A stretch of 32,000 nt of DNA from Planctopirus limnophila DSM 3776 (GTDB taxonomy: Bacteria > Planctomycetota > Planctomycetia > Planctomycetales > Planctomycetaceae): NCBI RefSeq assembly GCF_000092105.1, contig NC_014148.1, positions 2,310,001 to 2,342,000 of the forward strand. The letters run 5' to 3'. The position numbers were made by a program, and so were the translations under genes. Shown here piece after piece: positions 26,712 to 32,000 of the stretch; the stretch's first letter is position 1; each line of letters begins with the position of its first letter. Below the pieces are notes generated by a model. That model did no database searches and was not told where the DNA came from. It saw nothing but the letters and a program-made list of their open reading frames with translations.

Positions 26712-28652
26712 ATGACGACCGCCACCCGCGAAGAATTCACATTCCAAACAGAGATCAAGCAGCTTCTCAACATCCTTTCGCATTCGTTGTATCAGAATCG
26801 CGAAATCGCAGTTCGTGAACTCATTTCCAATGCGTCCGATTCACTCAACAAATTGCGTCATATCCAACTCTCTGAAGCACAGTACCGGGACGATGCCGCA
26901 CTCAAAATCACATTGCTCCCTGACGCGACCGCGAAAACGTTAACAATCGTGGATAATGGAGTGGGGCTGACTCGCGAAGAACTGATTGAGAATCTGGGGA
27001 CGATTGCCCACAGCGGTTCGCTGGATTTCATGAAGAAAGCGGCTGAGGCTAAGTCCGCTAATCATGATGCGGATTCCTCCGGCAGCAAATCAGACCTTTC
27101 CTTGATTGGGCAGTTCGGTGTCGGCTTCTATGCCGCCTTCATGCTGGCAGATACCGTTGAAGTGATCACTCGCAGTTATCGCGAAGAAACCGGTTGGAAA
27201 TGGACATCCGATGGCACCGGACAGTACTCGATTGAGCCGGTCGATGAAGCACCACGGGGTGCACAAATCGTGCTGCATCTCAAAGAGGATGCCATAGAAG
27301 AGTTCACTAAAGAATATCGGCTCGAGTCGATTGTTCGCCGGTACTCGACATTTGTGCCGCATGCCGTCTATGTGGGCGAAAAGCACGTCAACAATCAGCC
27401 ACCCATCTGGGTCGAGCCTAAGTCGCAGGTGACGCCCGAGCAGTACAAGAGCTTTTATCAATGGCTCACACACCACGCGAATGAAGAGCCTTTGTGGCAT
27501 CTGCATCTCTCGGCAGATTCGCCGCTGCAGTTTCAATCGATTCTGTATTGTCCGCCAGTCAACCTTGAACTGCAGGGGTTCGGTCGCCTTGAACACGGTC
27601 TGACGCTGTGCGCGAAAAGAATTCTCGTTCAGGACGATAACAAAGATCTGCTGCCTGATTATCTGCACTTTGTCTATGGATTGGTCGATTCCGCCGACCT
27701 TCCGCTCAACGTATCCCGCGAAACCTTGCAGGACAATCGGCTGATTCCCAAGCTGCGGAAGGTCTTAACCAAGAAGGTTCTCGATTATCTTGCGGAGCTC
27801 GCCGAAGAACAGCCGGCGACCTATGCCAAATTCTACGAGCAGTTCGGGATGGTGCTACGTGGTGGAGTGGGGGTTGATTTCGAGAATCGCGAGAAAATCG
27901 CCCGCCTGCTTCGGCTAGCATCATCGCATGATGTCACTCCCGGGGCCACCACATCGCTAGGCGAATATGTCAAGCGGATGCGTGAAGACCAGACACAGAT
28001 CTATTATCTCGGCGGACCAGATCTGGCGAGTCTGCTCAGGAACCCGCATTACGAAACATTCCGCGACCGTGGTCTGGAAGTGCTCTTCCTCACTGATCCC
28101 GTCGATGAGTTCGCGCTTTCGCATCTGCAGGAGTTCGATGGAAAATCATTGGTTTCGATTGATTCTGCGGATATTCAACTTCCCGCTTCGGCCGAATCCC
28201 CATCGAGTTCAACAACCGGTGAAGAGCAGGGCAGTTCGTCACAAATTGCACCAGCGGGTTTTGATCGGGTTCTTGAAGTCTTCCGCCAGGCGTTGGGTGA
28301 ACGTGTGCAGGATGTCCGTAAGGCCACCCGGCTGGCCACCAGCCCGGTTTGCCTTGTCAATCCGCAAGGCTCCATGAGCAGCCAGTTGCAAAAAGTGCTG
28401 AGCCAGACCGTAAAGGATTTCAACCTGAGCCGCCGCATTCTCGAGGTCAATCCTCAGGCACCGCTGATTAGTCGGTTGGCCTCATTGAGCAGTTCCGGCA
28501 CCAACGATGACTTTATTGCTGACTGCGGCCTCCAGCTCTACGCCTCAGCCATGCTGCTGGATGGTTTGGTCGTCGAACCAGATCTGACCGCAGACCGTAT
28601 GCGGAAACTCATGGAAGAAGCGGCCGACAAACGAACTGTGATTATCACCTGA
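26712..28652 (+). CDS. htpG: Molecular chaperone HtpG (Hsp90)
   Basis: [45 protein letters not shown] matches the HtpG N-terminal ATPase domain (E. coli [35 protein letters not shown]). GAGGG lies 5 nt upstream of ATG 26712. The track start GTG 26700 is less likely. Confidence 0.95.
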   Translation: [646 protein letters not shown]

Positions 28653-28969
28653 TCAAACAGCCTTCCGGCAGTTGTTTGTCATGAGCAGTTGGATTGGTGC
28701 CTGGTGCAATTGAACTGCTCTGATCTGAGTCAATTGCTGCAAAACAACGCTCAAAATCCGGTTCGAACGGGCACAAAGGCTTTCTCGATGGACAACTCCG
28801 TCGGGAAAGCCTTGTGCATTTGAGAATCGCCGCAAATCAAGGCTTCACAAGAATTCCGAAAGAATTTTCGAAACAGGCGGTCGATTCGCGTAGCCTGCGG
28901 GGTTAAGATTCGACGAAGGCACATGGGAGTGCCGCAACTGAAGATCACATTATTCGAAAGCGACCGTGC

Positions 28970-30019
28970 ATGGCTGATAGCGGTGCCGCCCTGGATATGG
29001 CAATCGAAAAACTGACAAACGCTCATCGATCGATTCGAGAGCAGATGTCTCAGGTGATTGTGGGTCAGGATGAAGTGGTCGATCAAATTCTGATTGCCAT
29101 GTTCTCCAAAGGACATGTGCTGTTAGAAGGTGTACCCGGCCTTGCCAAAACATTGATGATCAGCACGCTCGCACGCTGTCTGTCGATGACATTTGCCCGC
29201 ATTCAGTTCACCCCCGATCTGATGCCTGCCGATATCACTGGGACTGATGTTCTCCAGGAAAACAAGGAAACGGGAAAACGCGAGTTTCGTTTCATCACCG
29301 GGCCACTTTTCCATAATGTGGTGCTGGCAGACGAAATTAACCGGACACCACCCAAAACTCAGGCTGCACTTCTTGAGGCCATGCAGGAGCGGCAGGTCAC
29401 TGTTGGTCAATCCCGGCATGTCCTCGCAGATCCCTTCTTTGTGCTGGCGACGCAAAACCCGATCGAACAGGAAGGAACTTACACCCTTCCCGAAGCGCAG
29501 CAGGATCGCTTCATGTTCAAAGTCTATGTCCGCTATCCCACCTTTCTCGAAGAGCGGGAAATTGCGCGGCGTACAACCTCTGTCCAGAGTGACAAGATTC
29601 AGCATGTTTTGAGTGGCGCCGATATCCTTGAGATTCAAAAACTCGTGCGGCAGGTTCCTGCCAGCGAGCATGTCATTGATTATGCACTTGCTCTGGTCAG
29701 GCAAACCCGTGTTCGCGAACCGGGCGTCCCAGACTTTGTGAACGAGTGGCTTTCCTGGGGTGCTGGCCCGCGTGCTGTGCAGTTTTTGCTGCTGGGTGCC
29801 AAGGCGCGAGCACTACTCAATGGCCGGACATACGTCTCACCCGAAGATGTGGCGGCACTGGCCGCTCCGGTCCTCAGGCACCGCATCGTGACCAACTTTG
29901 CGGCGGAGAGCGAAGGAATCAACACTGACAAAGTCGTGGAAGAACTGCTCAAAGTGACACCCAGCAAGGAAGGCGAGCTGACTCGTGACCCAAGACTTCA
30001 GAAGATTTTTGCCGCCTGA
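28970..30019 (+). CDS. MoxR-family AAA+ ATPase
   Basis: 349 aa. Walker A is [11 protein letters not shown] and Walker B is VVLADEINR. The family motif [26 protein letters not shown] is present. Confidence 0.93.
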   Translation: MADSGAALDMAIEKLTNAHRSIREQMSQVIVGQDEVVDQILIAMFSKGHVLLEGVPGLAKTLMISTLARCLSMTFARIQFTPDLMPADITGTDVLQENKETGKREFRFITGPLFHNVVLADEINRTPPKTQAALLEAMQERQVTVGQSRHVLADPFFVLATQNPIEQEGTYTLPEAQQDRFMFKVYVRYPTFLEEREIARRTTSVQSDKIQHVLSGADILEIQKLVRQVPASEHVIDYALALVRQTRVREPGVPDFVNEWLSWGAGPRAVQFLLLGAKARALLNGRTYVSPEDVAALAAPVLRHRIVTNFAAESEGINTDKVVEELLKVTPSKEGELTRDPRLQKIFAA

Positions 30020-30896
30020 GGCCGTGGCAAGGGTCTCTCGTCTGGAGATTCTCGCGAGGAATGTCGTCGAAGGATTTCTGAACGGGATGCACCGCAGTCC
30101 GTACTTTGGTCAATCTGTTGAGTTCGCACAGCACCGGGAATATGTTTCAGGGGATGATCTGAGACGTATTGACTGGAAGGCCTGGTCAAAGACCGACAAG
30201 TATTACGTCAAGCAGTACGAAGAGGAAACCAATCTTCGCACGACGCTGGTCGTTGATCTTTCCGAATCCATGCAATTTGGGTCGAAAGGCAAGACCAAGC
30301 ACGAATTTGCGGTGCAGATTGCGGCGGTCCTCTCATTATTGCTCCTCAAACAGCATGATGCCGTGAGTCTGGTGACGTTTGACGACTCGATTCGCACTCA
30401 GATTCCCATGAGCAGCAAGAAGACTCAGCTGCACGACATTCTCATGGGGTTATCCAACGAACAACCTGCCAAGAAAACAAATCTTTCCGACATTCTGGCC
30501 CAGGTGGCAGATCAGGAATCCCGCAAAGGGCTCATCATTCTCGTATCAGATTTGCTGGCAGATCGCGAAGGGCTGAAAAAGGGATTACGACTATTAAGGT
30601 TTCGCGGCCACGATGTGATGTTGTTTCACGTCCTTGATGATGCGGAACTCGACTTTGAGTTCAGCGGCCCTACGAAATTTGAAGGTTTGGAAGATTCGGG
30701 AGAACTGGTCTGTGATCCCAGGTCACTCAGGGAAGGTTACCTGGCTGCTATGAAAACTTACCTGGATGACATCCGTAAGCATTGCGCCAAATTTGTGATT
30801 GATTACCAGATTGTCAGACCCAGTGAGAATCTGGATGCTGTTTTATTGCATTACATGAATCACCGCATGGGAATGCACCAGAGTCAGCGAAAATGA
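29985..30896 (+). CDS. DUF58 (vWA-like) protein, MoxR partner; start GTG 29985 (alternatives TTG 30008, GTG 30023)
   Basis: The DUF58 signature is [48 protein letters not shown]. It overlaps the moxR 3' end by 35 nt if it starts at 29985. Confidence 0.88.
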   Translation: MTQDFRRFLPPEAVARVSRLEILARNVVEGFLNGMHRSPYFGQSVEFAQHREYVSGDDLRRIDWKAWSKTDKYYVKQYEEETNLRTTLVVDLSESMQFGSKGKTKHEFAVQIAAVLSLLLLKQHDAVSLVTFDDSIRTQIPMSSKKTQLHDILMGLSNEQPAKKTNLSDILAQVADQESRKGLIILVSDLLADREGLKKGLRLLRFRGHDVMLFHVLDDAELDFEFSGPTKFEGLEDSGELVCDPRSLREGYLAAMKTYLDDIRKHCAKFVIDYQIVRPSENLDAVLLHYMNHRMGMHQSQRK

Positions 30897-30937
30897 AGTT
30901 TTCTATTGATGTTTGAGGGGGAACTCCAACCATCTCC

Positions 30938-30955
30938 CATGTGATGACTCACATG
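30938..30955 (+). other. 18-nt palindrome CATGTGA-TGAC-TCACATG (hairpin or dimeric-protein site) after the DUF58 gene
   Basis: 7-bp arms with a 4-nt centre, followed by the T/G-rich TTGATTGTTG. It lies 42 nt past the DUF58 stop. Confidence 0.3.
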
Positions 30956-31121
30956 TTGATTGTTGAACCAAGCCATGGGGCTCATGGGGTTTCAGTGTTT
31001 TGAATTTTGTTTGTGTTGATTGTGAAGTTCAAGTAGGGATGCTGACAGTGGTCTATGACTGCATGCCTGACCGGTAACCCGGTCTGGAAACAGTCCATAA
31101 CCAACTGAGTGCGGATGCAAG

Positions 31122-32000
31122 ATGACGTGGCTTTCTTCGCTATTTTTCAATCCTTCGATTGCACTGATGGGCGCCGGGCTCATCGCTGTGCCACTCATTA
31201 TCCATCTCATCAATCGAGTGCGATATCGACGGGTTCAGTTTGCAGCCATGGAGTTTCTGCTCCAGGCAGAACAGCGAAATCGTCAACGTCTGTTGATTGA
31301 ACAATTGCTCCTGCTTCTGCTGAGGACATTAATCGTCCTGGCACTCCTGCTGCTTATTGCGAGGCTGGTGCTCGATCCTTCACAGTTCGCGCTCTTTCGC
31401 GAATCGCGGACACATCACGTCGTGCTGGTGGATGACAGTGCCTCAACCCGTGAGCGACGTGGAGAAACCACGGCCTGGGCTGAAGGTCTTGGAGTCATTC
31501 GAAAACTGGCGGCAGAAGGTGCCCGCCGTCCGCAGACCCAGAGATTGACGGTCTTACTCGCCTCACGACCTGATAAGCCCTTACTGACTGACCGGGATGT
31601 CAATCAGCCACTGGTTGAAGAACTCGCGTCGCGACTCGACCCTGTCTCCTTTAAGCCGACTCATCAACGGGTCGATTTCCTTAAAGGGATCCAGTCGGCG
31701 AGTGATCTATTGTTGGCTGACAAAGCCGGCGTGAGGGAACTACACGTTATTTCTGATTATCGCTCGCGCGACTGGAACGATCAGAAACCACTGGCTCAGG
31801 CCATGGAAACGCTGGCCGAAGCCGACGTGGGAATCCATTTAATTCGCACCACCCCTCAGGCCGGTCCCAATCTGGCAATTACGAGGCTCGATGGTGCTGT
31901 CTCCACAGCCGCCGCTGGTGTTCCACTCCGATTAACTGCCGGGATCACCAACTTTGGTACTGAAGTCGTCACCGATGTTCGGGCTTCAATCTACGACAAC
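31122..32000 (+). CDS. BatA-domain protein (N-terminal double-transmembrane domain, vWA-like region follows); 3' end outside the window; NOT in the supplied ORF track
   Basis: I translated by hand from ATG 31122 and found 293 codons with no stop up to nt 32000. The N-terminus MTWLSSLFFNPSIALMGAGLIAVPLIIHLINRVRYRRVQFAAMEFLL, then a second TM LLLLLLRTLIVLALLLLIARLVL, matches the BatA/TIGR02226 pattern. Then comes HHVVLVDDSAS (MIDAS-like DxSxS). Confidence 0.75.
   Translation, partial: MTWLSSLFFNPSIALMGAGLIAVPLIIHLINRVRYRRVQFAAMEFLLQAEQRNRQRLLIEQLLLLLLRTLIVLALLLLIARLVLDPSQFALFRESRTHHVVLVDDSASTRERRGETTAWAEGLGVIRKLAAEGARRPQTQRLTVLLASRPDKPLLTDRDVNQPLVEELASRLDPVSFKPTHQRVDFLKGIQSASDLLLADKAGVRELHVISDYRSRDWNDQKPLAQAMETLAEADVGIHLIRTTPQAGPNLAITRLDGAVSTAAAGVPLRLTAGITNFGTEVVTDVRASIYDN

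Noticed and set aside
28760-28768. GGTTCGAAC T-loop-like sequence suggesting a tRNA
   Set aside because: The flanks do not form a 5-bp T-stem, and no acceptor, D or anticodon arms can be built. No tRNA is present.
28851-28874. GAATTCCGAAAGAATTTTCGAAAC between htpG and moxR, resembling alternating GAA/TTC heat-shock-element units
   Set aside because: HSF/HSE is a eukaryotic system. The pentamer register is imperfect, and the element lies downstream, not upstream, of htpG. It is more likely a simple AT-rich palindrome (TTTCGAAA).
1-32000. Looked for CRISPR arrays, IS/transposase genes, integrases, rRNA/tRNA and toxin-antitoxin or defence-type genes
   Set aside because: None were seen. There are no spaced identical repeats and no transposase, integrase or nuclease-like ORFs. 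Base composition appears uniform apart from short AT-rich promoter regions (e.g. 22250-22340).

Overview
The window looks like a chromosomal segment from a Planctomycetota-type genome. The evidence is a PSCyt/DUF1549/DUF1553 + DUF1501 gene pair, a DUF1570 protein, FG-GAP and NHL propeller proteins, Tat-signal exported enzymes, and frequent strand switching with few operons. I support 21 protein-coding genes. In order they are: a partial ethanolamine permease with eutB and eutC; an FG-GAP propeller; NAD-malic enzyme; a membrane-anchored, disordered tandem-LysM protein followed by an FtsL-like protein and an FtsI-type PBP; a Tat-exported metallophosphoesterase; an NHL propeller; queA; a GT4 glycosyltransferase; a stand-alone mraZ; DUF1501; a PSCyt/DUF1549/DUF1553 giant protein; inositol-3-phosphate synthase; a xylose-isomerase-like TIM-barrel protein; a DUF1570 HExxH protein; htpG; and MoxR-DUF58-BatA-like. 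The BatA-like ORF runs off the 3' edge and is absent from the supplied ORF track. I found no rRNA, tRNA, CRISPR array, IS element or recognisable defence system. The most notable points are: (1) four helically phased GTGGG(G)A direct repeats just upstream of mraZ, which resemble an MraZ operator; (2) a dispersed dcw cluster, with mraZ monocistronic and followed by about 240 nt of non-coding sequence ending in a strong intrinsic terminator (candidate sRNA); (3) a bitopic protein with repeated DPF motifs and C-terminal LysM domains immediately upstream of ftsL-like/ftsI, an FtsN-like architecture; (4) several ORF-track entries that are over-extended at the 5' end. All functional calls rest on motifs I recognise in the translations and on gene context. 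No database search was run.
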